A stretch of 32,000 bases of DNA from Candidatus Atelocyanobacterium thalassa isolate ALOHA (GTDB lineage: Bacteria; Cyanobacteriota; Cyanobacteriia; Cyanobacteriales; Microcystaceae): positions 1,350,001-1,382,000 of the forward strand of contig NC_013771.1 of NCBI RefSeq assembly GCF_000025125.1. Direction: 5' to 3'. This document shows, one piece after another, positions 19,183 through 29,392 of the stretch. Positions within the stretch are counted from its first letter, which is position 1, and every line of letters starts with the position of its first letter. The position numbers and the translations under genes were made by a program. The notes beneath the pieces are model-generated. The model saw nothing but the letters and a program-made list of their open reading frames with translations. It was not told where the DNA came from and ran no database searches.

Positions 19183-20376
19183 TTAATTATGGTTATCAGT
19201 CATATTAACGAAAGAGACTTTTAAGTAATCGTTCTCCATTTTAGCTCCTGAAGGATTTAGAGAAGCTAGCGACTGCGGTAGTACTAAGTTGCGCCTATGG
19301 TTGCCAATTCTAATATTTAGTTCGTCTCCAGTTTTATTTAGCTGAATTTGTTCTTTCGGAATACCTGGTAAGTATAGCTCTAGACTGTATCTGTCTTCTT
19401 CTTTGACTATACGAATAGTATCTTCTTTATAATAGACTTGAGTTGGATCTTCATCCTTATAAAGAATTTCTTTCAATCTTTCTAATGCCTCCATTCCACA
19501 TAATTCTTCTGAAAATAACGGAACTTCTTTCACAGGTAAAGGATGAAAGTTATCATGAATTTCTTGTTTATAGATACTTTGACTATTTTTCCATTTTTCA
19601 AAGAAAGAATCATTGACTGTGTCAGGAATAATTCTATTAGCTATAACTAAATCAGTAGAGACATTATATAAGCTTAAATAAGCATGTGCTCTTAAAGATT
19701 CTTTTATCACCATTTTCTCTGGGTTAGTCACCAATCTAACAGAAGTTTGTTTGTTATTTGTTAGGACCTTTTCTAAAGCTTCGATTTGTTCATAGAATTC
19801 ATAAGGTGCGTCCATAACTTCTTTATTGGGTAGAGAGAATCCTGCAATTGGCTTAAAGAAAGGTTCTACCAAAGGACGTAATGCTACAGATACTCCTTGT
19901 AAAGGCTTATAGAATCTTCTCATATACCATCCTCCAACTTCAGGAATACTTAGTAGTCTTAATGCAGTTCCTGTAGGGGCGGAATCAATAATTAAAACAT
20001 CATATTCACCTTCATCATAATGGCGTTTCATCCTTACTAATCCAAAAATTTCATCCATTCCTGGTAGTATTGCCAATTCTTCTGCTTGAACTCCATCTAA
20101 ACCTCTAGCTTGTAAAACTTGAGTAATATATCTTTTTACAGCTCCCCAGTTTCCTTCCAATTCCATAAGAGCATCTAATTCTGCTCCCCATAATTTAGGA
20201 CGAATTGCTACAGGTTTATGCCCTAGCTCTAAATCAAAACTATCAGCCAGAGAATGAGCTGGATCAGTGCTTAAAACTAAAGTTTTATAACCTAATTCAG
20301 CACATTTCATACCAGTTGCAGCAGCAACAGAGGTTTTGCCAACTCCTCCTTTACCAGTCATTAGGATTACACGCAT
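19183..20376 (-). CDS. ArsA/Get3-family ATPase with a C-terminal HSP20-like domain
   Basis: It has the deviant Walker [18 protein letters not shown] and [14 protein letters not shown]. The C-terminal roughly 80 aa ([17 protein letters not shown]...YLKVSF) resemble an alpha-crystallin/ArsA_HSP20 fold. Confidence 0.85.
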   Translation of the reverse strand: MRVILMTGKGGVGKTSVAAATGMKCAELGYKTLVLSTDPAHSLADSFDLELGHKPVAIRPKLWGAELDALMELEGNWGAVKRYITQVLQARGLDGVQAEELAILPGMDEIFGLVRMKRHYDEGEYDVLIIDSAPTGTALRLLSIPEVGGWYMRRFYKPLQGVSVALRPLVEPFFKPIAGFSLPNKEVMDAPYEFYEQIEALEKVLTNNKQTSVRLVTNPEKMVIKESLRAHAYLSLYNVSTDLVIANRIIPDTVNDSFFEKWKNSQSIYKQEIHDNFHPLPVKEVPLFSEELCGMEALERLKEILYKDEDPTQVYYKEDTIRIVKEEDRYSLELYLPGIPKEQIQLNKTGDELNIRIGNHRRNLVLPQSLASLNPSGAKMENDYLKVSFVNMTDNHN

Positions 20377-20655
20377 AGTTCTTTAAAAATTAACTTGTTT
20401 CTTATATTATGAAGTATTTCAAAAGATAATTTATATAGTATCCATAAATATTAGTATTAATATAATTTTTTTAAGTCAAAAGTCGTATATATTATCTCTT
20501 GTCATAATTTTAATTCTATAAAAAATTGTACTTTTCTAGAAAATAATTCACTAATGTAGATGAAATAATAATAGAATTAGTACTTTATGTTCTTGAAATG
20601 AAAAAAATTAAGCGTTATGGTATATTAACTTCTTTTTCCTTAAGGGTAAAAGTAC

Positions 20656-21438
20656 TTAAATATTTTTTTTCTCAGGCCTAAATAGGTGATTATAGTCAGG
20701 ATGATATAGCTTTGAACGAGTATCAATATTTTTCTTTAAAGCAGGACTTATAATATATAGAGTTGTACGAACAAGTTTTTCTTTTTGAGTAACTTCTGCC
20801 ATTTTTTCTAAAGGAACAATTTTAATCACTTCGTCTGGCCAACTCACTCGAAAACATATGGCAACTGGAGTATCAGAAGGATAGTGCTTAAGTAGCTCGA
20901 TTTGAGACTTTTCTGCGTGACGTGCTGCTAAGTAAAGACATAGACTTGATTGATGAGCAGCTAATTTATCAAGTTTTTCTGAGCTAGGCATTTGTGAAGC
21001 AACACCGTCTACTCGAGTCAATATAATTGTTTGAACTAGTTGGGGAATTGTCAACTCTGCGCTAATTTTAGCTGCTGCTGCTTGAAAAGCACTAATACCA
21101 GGAATTAACTCAACTTGAATGTTCTCTTTTGAAAGAAGAGTAATTTGCTCATAGATTGCACTATAAAGTGTTAGATCTCCTGAATGAAGACGTACAACGG
21201 AATGACCGCTCATAACCCTGTCTTTTATTAATTTCACTATACTTTCTAAAGTTTTATTTCCGGTAGGAATTAACTCTGCATCTTCACGGGCATCTTTCAG
21301 AATTTGTTTTGGAACCAGAGAATCTGCATATAAAATAACATTAGCTTTAGTGATTACTTTATATGCTTTTAACGTTAATAAGTCTGGATCACCTGGACCA
21401 GCACCAATGAAATAAACAGATGGTTTAGAAGAAGTCAT
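20656..21438 (-). CDS. cobM: Precorrin-4 C11-methyltransferase (CobM/CbiF)
   Basis: It has the tetrapyrrole methylase N-terminus VYFIGAGPGDPDLLTLKA and the segments VVRLHSGDLTLYSA and ELIPGISAFQAAAA. The length is 260 aa. Confidence 0.85.
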   Translation of the reverse strand: MTSSKPSVYFIGAGPGDPDLLTLKAYKVITKANVILYADSLVPKQILKDAREDAELIPTGNKTLESIVKLIKDRVMSGHSVVRLHSGDLTLYSAIYEQITLLSKENIQVELIPGISAFQAAAAKISAELTIPQLVQTIILTRVDGVASQMPSSEKLDKLAAHQSSLCLYLAARHAEKSQIELLKHYPSDTPVAICFRVSWPDEVIKIVPLEKMAEVTQKEKLVRTTLYIISPALKKNIDTRSKLYHPDYNHLFRPEKKNI

Positions 21439-21528
21439 ATCTTTATTTTTTTAAATATTTGAAATCCAACTCATAATTCGTCTACCTAAAAATAGACTTT
21501 AATACGGAAAATTTGACAATTATCAAAG

Positions 21529-22068
21529 CTAGAAATATAAATAATGCATAATTTCTGATGCAAGCTTCCCGTTTATTTTTAACTTTTTCTGCAGATCAGC
21601 TAAATCTTTAAAATTACCTTTCGTTAATCGATGTTCTACAATCTCTTTTGCCATTAAATCACTGATAGGACTAATTCCTTTAAGTTCTTCTAGCGTTGCA
21701 AAATTTATATTGATTCTTTGTGGGATTAACGCACTTTCAGGATCGTAATAAGAAAAAGCTAGAATCTTTTCTAAAGGCTTAAGACGTTGAAGAGGAATTT
21801 TTAATGCAGCTGACATATCTTCTACGGATAAAATTTCTACTCCTGAATTAATCAATTCTACTAAGCTACGAGCTTGATGAATTGATATTCCAGGTAGTCT
21901 CAATAAATCGTCAACACTAGCTTTGTCAATTTCAATTTTAACTCCTAACTCTGTTGCAATAGATATTTCTTCAAGAGAATTAAAGCGATGATATGGATCA
22001 TTTTTAATACGTTCTCGAAGACTCTTTTTTTGAGAGTTTAATTTATTAGCTAAAAAAGAAAATATCAT
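21529..22068 (-). CDS. Helix-hairpin-helix (ComEA-like) domain protein, two HhH units
   Basis: One HhH unit is DDLLRLPGISIHQARSLVE. The other is INFATLEELKGISPISDLMAKEIVEHRLTKGNFKDLADL, the ComEA-type pattern. No signal peptide is evident. Confidence 0.6.
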   Translation of the reverse strand: MIFSFLANKLNSQKKSLRERIKNDPYHRFNSLEEISIATELGVKIEIDKASVDDLLRLPGISIHQARSLVELINSGVEILSVEDMSAALKIPLQRLKPLEKILAFSYYDPESALIPQRININFATLEELKGISPISDLMAKEIVEHRLTKGNFKDLADLQKKLKINGKLASEIMHYLYF

Positions 22069-22160
22069 AATAAAAAATAATTTGTATTTTAAATATAAAT
22101 TCTATTTATATTTAATTTTCTATAAAGTATTCTAGATTACATACTTTATAATCAGGAAAT

Positions 22161-22610
22161 CTAATTAATCCTATCTAATAATTGTCGACGTTTTTGCTCA
22201 AATTCATAATCAGTGATTAATCCTTCTTCTCTTAATTTGTCTAATTCTCTTAATCCTCCAGATACCATATCAATTTGTAACGGCTCGACTTTCCTGATTT
22301 GCTGTTTATCAGAGGCTATACCAAGGGGTTTAGGTTTCACTTTAGCAGGCTCTAAAACAGGTAAATTATTGAACTGATTATTAAATTGCTCCTCCCCTTG
22401 TACGAAATACCACATTGCATCAATTGCACATGCAATACTAGGAATAGGAGTATTCCATAATAAAAAGTACATAACTCCCCAAACAGGCTGTCCCAAGTAA
22501 AATTTATGTACTCCAGCAATAGGCCAGGGTACTACGGTAGATAGTAAAGCTAGGGTAATACCAACTTTACGGTTTTTGGGTTGAGTAAGTAATTTTTCCA
22601 ATCGTTGCAT
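22161..22610 (-). CDS. TM2-domain membrane protein with a C-terminal SHOCT motif
   Basis: The TM2-like AGVHKFYLGQPVWGVMYFLLW lies within two TM helices. The C-terminal LREEGLITDYEFEQKRRQLLDRI matches the SHOCT short oligomerisation motif. Confidence 0.6.
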   Translation of the reverse strand: MQRLEKLLTQPKNRKVGITLALLSTVVPWPIAGVHKFYLGQPVWGVMYFLLWNTPIPSIACAIDAMWYFVQGEEQFNNQFNNLPVLEPAKVKPKPLGIASDKQQIRKVEPLQIDMVSGGLRELDKLREEGLITDYEFEQKRRQLLDRIN

Positions 22611-22872
22611 TGGGGTCTTGATTTTAAGATTTTTTAAATTTACGATATCATACTATATCATTATTGTGGACGAAATAGATTATTTGAAAGACTTGAGTTT
22701 ATAAAGTTATTTATTAAATTTATTTACGATACGGTAAACCGTAGTTTCCTATGACTTTCAACTCTTCTACAATGTTAGTATAAAGTACAATAATGATATA
22801 AACCAGTATCAACTAGTTAATGTGCAACTATTAATCCAATTGGTTTACGTTTAAATCATAAGGAAAATAAAT

Positions 22873-23190
22873 ATGGGATTTTATGATTCGGAAATCGTCC
22901 AGAAAGAAGCTAAACAATTATTTGAAGATTATCAATCATTGACGCAATTAGGAAGCGAATATGGAAAGTTTGATCGTAAAGGGAAAAAAATTTTTATTGA
23001 GCAAATGGAATCACTTATGGAACGATACAAAATTTTCATGAAACGTTTTGAACTATCTGAAGATTTCATGGCTCAAATAACTATTCAACAGTTAAAAACC
23101 CAACTTGGACAGTTTGGAGTAACCCCGCAGCAAATGTTTGATCAAATGAATGTAACCTTGAAAAAGATGAAATCTGAAATAGAAAGCTAG
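22873..23190 (+). CDS. Conserved cyanobacterial hypothetical protein (probably DUF1825 family)
   Basis: The N-terminus MGFYDSEIVQKEAKQLFEDYQ resembles the DUF1825 family as I recall it. It is a 105-aa soluble helical protein, preceded by AAGGAAAA 7 nt before the ATG. Confidence 0.5.
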   Translation: MGFYDSEIVQKEAKQLFEDYQSLTQLGSEYGKFDRKGKKIFIEQMESLMERYKIFMKRFELSEDFMAQITIQQLKTQLGQFGVTPQQMFDQMNVTLKKMKSEIES

Positions 23191-23304
23191 TATCTTTCAA
23201 GTAATCAATAACCTTTTAAAAAAGTTTTGAATTATAGATAATAGGCTTTAAAAGTCAAAAGTAGTGTTATCATAATTTCTCGTCTAGATTTCAATTTGAA
23301 AATT

Positions 23305-24489
23305 ATGTATGATTTCGTAATTATTGGCGGAGGTATCGTTGGACTTTCCGTCGGTATGAATTTAGGAAAGCGTTTTCCTAATGCATCTATTTTAATTGTA
23401 GAAAAAGAAAATAAAATTGCTTCTCATCAAACAGGGCATAATAGCGGAGTAATACATTCTGGAATCTATTACAAACCCAATAGTTTTAAAGCAGAATTTA
23501 CCCGTAAAGGAAATGAATCAATCGTAGAATTTTGTAAAGCATATGACCTTCCTTATGAAGTATGTGGCAAATTTATTGTTGCTACTAAAGAAAGTGAACT
23601 ACCATTACTACAAAATTTATATCAACAGGGACTAGAGAATAATCTAGATGTGGAAAAAGCTTCGGCTGAAGAAATTAAAGAACAAGAACCTCATGTAAAG
23701 TGCTTAGAGGGTATTAGAGTTCGAAAAGCAGGTATCACTGACTATACAAAAATTTGCCAAAAGTACATGGACTTAATTCAAGAACAAGGTGGTGAATTAA
23801 AGCTTAATACAAGAGTGATAGGTATTAAAAATACAGAGAAGAGTAAGGTTTTAGAAACTACACAAGGAACAATAGAAACAAAATTTATGATTAATTGTTC
23901 TGGACTATATAGTGACTTTATTACTAGACTAGATGGATTTAAACCTCCGGCTCAAATTATTCCTTTTCGTGGTGAATACTATAAGCTTAAATCTGAAAAA
24001 AACTACTTAGTCAATAGTCTTATCTACCCAGTCCCTAATCCTGAATTCCCTTTTCTGGGTGTTCATTTTACTCGTATGATTGATGGTAGTGTACATGCTG
24101 GACCTAATGCAGTTTTGAGTCTAAAAAGGGAAGGATATAAAAAAACTGATTTTGATCTTAAAGAATTTTTTGAGATAGTGACCTATAAAGGATTTTGGAA
24201 GCTAATTCAAAAACATACAAATGAAGGTATGAAAGAAATTATTCGTTCTTTTAGTAAAATTGCTTTTGTAAAAAGTCTACAGCAGTTAATTCCAGAGGTT
24301 ACTATAAACGATGTAATTAGCTGTCAAGCTGGAGTAAGGGCACAAGCTCTTAAAGATAATGGTAGTTTAGTAGATGATTTTTTAATTATCCAAAATAAAA
24401 ACTCACTACATGTTTGCAATGCTCCTTCTCCCGCTGCAACAGCTTCTTTAGAAATTGGTAAGTATATAGTTAATCAAATTTCTTCATGA
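23305..24489 (+). CDS. lhgO: L-2-hydroxyglutarate oxidase/dehydrogenase (FAD-dependent)
   Basis: The N-terminal FAD fold is YDFVIIGGGIVGLSVG, followed by HQTGHNSGVIHSGIYYKP and NAPSPAATASL. I prefer the ATG at 23305 over the in-frame TTG at 23296. Confidence 0.8.
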   Translation: MYDFVIIGGGIVGLSVGMNLGKRFPNASILIVEKENKIASHQTGHNSGVIHSGIYYKPNSFKAEFTRKGNESIVEFCKAYDLPYEVCGKFIVATKESELPLLQNLYQQGLENNLDVEKASAEEIKEQEPHVKCLEGIRVRKAGITDYTKICQKYMDLIQEQGGELKLNTRVIGIKNTEKSKVLETTQGTIETKFMINCSGLYSDFITRLDGFKPPAQIIPFRGEYYKLKSEKNYLVNSLIYPVPNPEFPFLGVHFTRMIDGSVHAGPNAVLSLKREGYKKTDFDLKEFFEIVTYKGFWKLIQKHTNEGMKEIIRSFSKIAFVKSLQQLIPEVTINDVISCQAGVRAQALKDNGSLVDDFLIIQNKNSLHVCNAPSPAATASLEIGKYIVNQISS

Positions 24490-24575
24490 AAACATTAGGT
24501 AATTTGATTAATAAAACATACAGTGTAATAAGCCTTATTTTTGTTTATGGTTTAGTTTTAAACATTAGTTTTTTA

Positions 24576-25193
24576 CTAAATATCAGAATATCCTTTCCAA
24601 CGATTTATAGGAATACAATCAATATTTAATTGATCTAGCACACGAACTATAACAAAATCTACTAAATCCTCTATAGTTTGAGGTTTATGATACCAAGCTG
24701 GAATTGCAGGAACTATTTTTACCCCTACCTCTGCTAAAGTTACTAGATTACGTAGATGTATTAAGCTCAAAGGAGTTTCACGAGGAACTACCACTAGAGG
24801 ACGTCCCTCTTTTAATTGAACATCAGCTGCTCTTTCTAGTAAATCTGAACTTAACCCTGAAGATAGTTTTGCAATAGTGCTCATACTACAAGGTATGATA
24901 ATCATGCCTAAAGTATGAAAAGATCCGCTTGCTATACTTGCTCCAATATCTGTCCATCGATGACACTTCAATTCTCCTGCTTTTGCTACTCCTGCCTGAT
25001 TACGCCAAAATTGTGCTTGCAAATCAGGTTCTATAGGCATTTTAATTTTTTCTTCTGCTTGCCAAACTAAATAAGTAGCCTTAGAAGCTACAATATCAAC
25101 TGTGTAGTTTGCTTCGAGAAGAAATTTTAAAATACGAACACTATAAATTAAACCAGAAGCTCCGCTAATACCCAAAATCAATGGTTTTCTCAC
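24576..25193 (-). CDS. ubiX: UbiX-family flavin prenyltransferase
   Basis: Motifs ILGISGASGLIY, IIPCSMSTIAKL and VVPRETPLS are present. The length of 205 aa is typical of UbiX/Pad1. Confidence 0.88.
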   Translation of the reverse strand: MRKPLILGISGASGLIYSVRILKFLLEANYTVDIVASKATYLVWQAEEKIKMPIEPDLQAQFWRNQAGVAKAGELKCHRWTDIGASIASGSFHTLGMIIIPCSMSTIAKLSSGLSSDLLERAADVQLKEGRPLVVVPRETPLSLIHLRNLVTLAEVGVKIVPAIPAWYHKPQTIEDLVDFVIVRVLDQLNIDCIPINRWKGYSDI

Positions 25194-25296
25194 TCAATTA
25201 ACCTTTCTAATTTAAAATCTTACCGATCAACACTTCTCTTCTTTTTTTTACTTTTAACAAAACATTTTTTGTATCTTCTTTCATACTATACTTTTT

Positions 25297-25320
25297 ATTC
25301 TTTAAAAAAATTTAAAGAAT
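25297..25320. repeat. Inverted repeat in the ubiX / GT2 divergent spacer
   Basis: attctttaaa (25297-25306) and tttaaagaat (25311-25320) are exact reverse complements around an aaaa spacer. They are AT-only apart from one position, so chance occurrence is plausible. Confidence 0.35.
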
Positions 25321-25368
25321 ATATAGTTTTTTAGATAGTAATAAAATTATATCGTATTGACTTCAATA

Positions 25369-25384
25369 TATTGTCATGACAATA
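25369..25384. repeat. Perfect 16-bp palindrome in the divergent spacer
   Basis: tattgtcatgacaata is its own reverse complement and has a TGTCA-TGACA core. It could be an operator, but it has no matching known box. Confidence 0.35.
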
Positions 25385-25803
25385 AAAACAAATATGAGTA
25401 ACTGTCGTTATTGATTGAAAAATTTAGTTTGAATTACAAAACTTAAGATATACGTTTTAGTAGATTTAAGAGTAATATTACAACATATACTTTGTAGTTA
25501 TTATTTGCAGGATGTAATGCTTGTAAGAGTAAAAATCACGTATATTTTTAGATATTTAAGTTATAAATTATTGTGCTTAATTGATTTTTTTATAATCTAT
25601 TTTTTTACCAAAATATAATATCCTATTTCATCTTAATAAAAAATATTATCTTTAATTTAAAGATGTATAAAATTTTTATCAAAATTATAATTTTTCTGTT
25701 TTATTTTATGTCAATATTAATCTTTATAGAAAGATTTATGGTAGATTTATATGGGACAGATCCAATACGATAACAAAAAACGAATTTTTATAGTTAACGA
25801 CTA

Positions 25804-27000
25804 ATGAATAAATCTCTATTACCTGTTCCTTCAGGTATTTTTAAGATTTTAGATCTTTCAGGAAATGATAATAATAATAAAGAAAATTCTCTTGAATTTT
25901 CTTTGGTACTGCCTACTTATAACGAAGCAGAAAATATTCAAAATATTATTAAGATTTTAAGTAATTTACTAGATAAAGTTGCACCTAATAACTACGAATT
26001 AATAGTAGTTGATGATGATAGCCCAGATCATACTTGGCAAGTAGCTTTACAATTAACATCTAATTATCCCCACTTACGTGTTATGCGTAGAATACGTGAG
26101 AAAGGTCTTTCTACTGCAGTTATACGAGGATGGCAAGCAGCTAAAGGAGAAATCTTAGGAGTTATTGATGCTGATCTACAACATCCTCCAGAAGTGTTAC
26201 TAAAACTTCTTCAGGACATGAAAAGTGGTGCAGATCTTGCAGTTGCCAGTAGACATGTTGAAGGGGGTGGAGTTAGTGAATGGAGCGTAGCTCGTCGATT
26301 TTTATCTCGAGGTGCACAAATGTTAGGTCTGATGCTATTACCTGAAGTAATAGGTCGCCTTTCTGATCCTATGAGTGGTTATTTTATGGTACGACGCAAA
26401 TCTATCATTGATAAAGCTCTAAATCCTGTGGGTTATAAAATCTTAATTGAAGTTACAGCAAGAGGGAAAATAAATTGGTTATCTGAAAGAGGTTATGTTT
26501 TTAGAGAACGTCAAATCGGGGAAAGTAAAGTTACTTGGAAACAATACATTCAGTATCTTCAACATCTTGTAAGACTTCGTTTATCTCTATCAACACGTTT
26601 TTTTCAATTTTGCTTAGTAGGATTAGGTGGAATGATCGTAGACATGGGTATTTTATATATGTTAAGCGATAATAACACTCTAGGATTACCTTTAACTCGT
26701 AGTAAAATTGTTGCTGCAGAGTTAGCAATTATTAATAATTTTATATGGAATGATTTCTGGACGTTTAGAGATATTACTTATTTGCAACCAGGCAAACGTT
26801 TGAGAATTAGAAGATTTGTAAAATTTAATATTATTTGTTTAACAGGTTTAACCTTAAACATTTTTTTACTAAACTTGTTTTTTAATACATTTAACTTTAA
26901 TCGTTATTTTGCTAATTTTTTTGCAATTATTGGTGTAACTTTATGGAATTTTTGGTTTAATTTAAAATTAAGTTGGAGAGTTACTGAGACAGATAAATAA
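25804..27000 (+). CDS. GT2 polyprenyl-phosphate sugar synthase (DPM1-like) fused to a GtrA-like membrane domain
   Basis: The GT2 hallmarks are LVLPTYNEAENI, VVDDDSPDHT and IDADLQHPP (DxD). The C-terminal roughly 140 aa has four hydrophobic helices (FCLVGLGGMIVDMG..., AAELAIINNFIWNDFWTF...) typical of GtrA. Confidence 0.8.
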   Translation: MNKSLLPVPSGIFKILDLSGNDNNNKENSLEFSLVLPTYNEAENIQNIIKILSNLLDKVAPNNYELIVVDDDSPDHTWQVALQLTSNYPHLRVMRRIREKGLSTAVIRGWQAAKGEILGVIDADLQHPPEVLLKLLQDMKSGADLAVASRHVEGGGVSEWSVARRFLSRGAQMLGLMLLPEVIGRLSDPMSGYFMVRRKSIIDKALNPVGYKILIEVTARGKINWLSERGYVFRERQIGESKVTWKQYIQYLQHLVRLRLSLSTRFFQFCLVGLGGMIVDMGILYMLSDNNTLGLPLTRSKIVAAELAIINNFIWNDFWTFRDITYLQPGKRLRIRRFVKFNIICLTGLTLNIFLLNLFFNTFNFNRYFANFFAIIGVTLWNFWFNLKLSWRVTETDK

Positions 27001-27308
27001 ATTACAGTTTTATTAGCCATATCTATTAATTAAAAGTGCAATAGTATTTAGTGAAAATATATCCCACATATATAATTTTGATAGGAAAAATTTACTTTCA
27101 ATATTAACGATATTTTCTAAATGATTAATTCTTAATATTGCTCAATAATTTTATTCTTATTTCTTATACTAGAAAGTCAAAAGTTGGAAATTTTTTATCC
27201 AAATCATTTTTAAACCTTTAGTCAATACTTAAACTTATAGTAATGATTAAATATTTCACTATTTTGCTAATTAAGTATATGTTAATGAAAAGGTTAATTC
27301 AATTTAAA

Positions 27309-29258
27309 TTAATTTGCACTATCTTTGATATTTAACTGTGAACAACTCTGCAATGACTGTAACAGTAATATTTTTTGTTTACTCGCAATATATTCATTTA
27401 AATAATATTCAAAATTAACTAAGTCTTTGTTTTTATCAATCATTTGATATTTGGTTTTACAATAATAACAGTATTTTTTTAAACTAGCTTTTTCAAGGAA
27501 TATTAGAGATGCTTTTATGATTAAGTCTAAGCGTTCAATGTCATTATCTTCATGTTGTTCTAGTTCACTAAAATTTAATATTTGATTAATACATATTTCA
27601 GTTAGAGATGAATCCCAAATAGTTTCTTGAAGTTTATAAATGAGCTGGTACTTATCTATTTTTTCATCATACTGATGGTTATCTTCAAATTCTAATATTT
27701 CCGCCCATATTACACGATGTTCTTGCACACTGAAAAATAAGTTTTTAGACTCAAGATCTTTGGATATTTGAGAACGATATTCAGGATAACGAAGATAAAC
27801 TTTTAATAAATTATTCTCTGCTTCTTTCAATAATTGATCTTCAAGAAGTATATTTACTTTTGTAAACTTTCCGGATTTTTCATTGTTGGTCTGTTTAGCT
27901 ATTGGCTTAGCCAGTTGCAACTGAAAATTTTTAAGATATATTGGAATTAGTCTTGCATCCCCCTGCGACAAAACTTCCGAACAGTGTCTAATATAGTATT
28001 CTCGCTTATTATAATCAGACAGTTTAGACAGTAAATCTATCATTTCTTTCACAATTTTTTCAAAATGGTCAGCCCTTTTTAAATCTTTATTTAATAAAAT
28101 TTGTTGAATTTGCCAACTAAACCATAATGGAGCATTGCTGATTAATTCATAATATTGCTCTGTACTATTTTGATTAAATTGTATAAATTCATCAGCATCT
28201 TTTCCATTAGGAAGATTTAAAATTTTTAACTGAACTTGTCCTGAATAGACTAAAGATTCTATTTCAGTGATCATCCTTTGTGTAGCTTTAATTCCTGCAT
28301 TATCAGCATCAAAGTTAAAAACAATTTGTTTTGAATCTGTATATCTCAATAACTTTCTAAGCTGAGCTTTACTAAAAGTAGTACCTAATGAAGCTACTGT
28401 ATTGTTGATACCTGCCTCATGAAGTGAAATTACATCAAAATATCCTTCAACAACAATAGCTTGATCTAAATTGCGTATATTTTTATAAGATTGGTCTAAA
28501 GCAAATAGAATTTTACTTTTACTAAAGAGAGCAGTCTCAGGAGAATTTAAATATTTTGGTTCCTGATTATTTAGACTTCTTCCTCCAAAAGCAACAATAC
28601 GTCCTTGAACATCCTTGATAGGAATCATTATTCGTCCACGGAACGTATCATAATAACCGTTACCCTTATTTCTTCGCTTAATCATTCCTGTTTGTTCAAG
28701 AAGATCAGTAGAATATTTTTTATATTCTACCAAATAAGAATATAAGGTTTCCCAGCCTTCTGGAGAATATCCTATATTAAATTTTGATATGGTTTCTAAT
28801 TTTAATCGTCTTTTATTAATTAGATAATCTAAAGCTTGGGTTCCTGATGGCTCATGTAGCAAATGTTCATAGTAATTTGCTGATGTTGCTAAAATTTCAT
28901 AAAGCTGGTCTTGAAGGGAAATTTTTTCTTGTAATGTTTTAGTATTTTCTGATTCTAACTCTTTAATAGGAATTTTATATTGCTTAGCTAATTCAAGTAC
29001 AACTTGATGAAAAGGTTCTTTTTTAAGTTCCATTAAAAATTTAATAGCATTACCCCCTGCTCCACATCCAAAACAATAAAATAACTGTTTGTCAGGATTA
29101 ACTGAAAAACTAGGAGTTTTTTCATTATGAAAAGGACATAGGCCGACGTAATTTTTCCCTCTTTTTTTTAATACAACATGCTCAGAAATAACTTCATATA
29201 TATTAGCTCTTTCTTTAATTTCTTCTAAAGTATCAGAGGGTATACGTAAAAAGCTCAT
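27309..29258 (-). CDS. dnaG: DNA primase
   Basis: The CHC2 zinc ribbon is CPFHNEKTPSFSVNPDKQLFYCFGCGAGG. The TOPRIM motifs are IVVEGYFDV and NFDADNAG. The length is 649 aa. Confidence 0.93.
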   Translation of the reverse strand: MSFLRIPSDTLEEIKERANIYEVISEHVVLKKRGKNYVGLCPFHNEKTPSFSVNPDKQLFYCFGCGAGGNAIKFLMELKKEPFHQVVLELAKQYKIPIKELESENTKTLQEKISLQDQLYEILATSANYYEHLLHEPSGTQALDYLINKRRLKLETISKFNIGYSPEGWETLYSYLVEYKKYSTDLLEQTGMIKRRNKGNGYYDTFRGRIMIPIKDVQGRIVAFGGRSLNNQEPKYLNSPETALFSKSKILFALDQSYKNIRNLDQAIVVEGYFDVISLHEAGINNTVASLGTTFSKAQLRKLLRYTDSKQIVFNFDADNAGIKATQRMITEIESLVYSGQVQLKILNLPNGKDADEFIQFNQNSTEQYYELISNAPLWFSWQIQQILLNKDLKRADHFEKIVKEMIDLLSKLSDYNKREYYIRHCSEVLSQGDARLIPIYLKNFQLQLAKPIAKQTNNEKSGKFTKVNILLEDQLLKEAENNLLKVYLRYPEYRSQISKDLESKNLFFSVQEHRVIWAEILEFEDNHQYDEKIDKYQLIYKLQETIWDSSLTEICINQILNFSELEQHEDNDIERLDLIIKASLIFLEKASLKKYCYYCKTKYQMIDKNKDLVNFEYYLNEYIASKQKILLLQSLQSCSQLNIKDSAN

Positions 29259-29392
29259 AAAAATTAATAATGAAATTTTGTTAGGTTATTTATTTAAGTT
29301 AGGAACTTAGCTCAAACATCTTTAGTAGATATGTACAAAAGATATATTTATTAAGTAAAACATTATTAATGAAATAATAAATTAAAGTATTA

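Noticed and set aside
25369-25384. The 16-bp perfect palindrome as a defined regulator box (NtcA, Fur, LexA or CRP-type).
   Set aside because: It does not fit GTA-N8-TAC (NtcA), the Fur consensus or the cyanobacterial LexA box as I remember them. About one such palindrome is expected by chance in 32 kb of this composition. I kept it only as a low-interest note.
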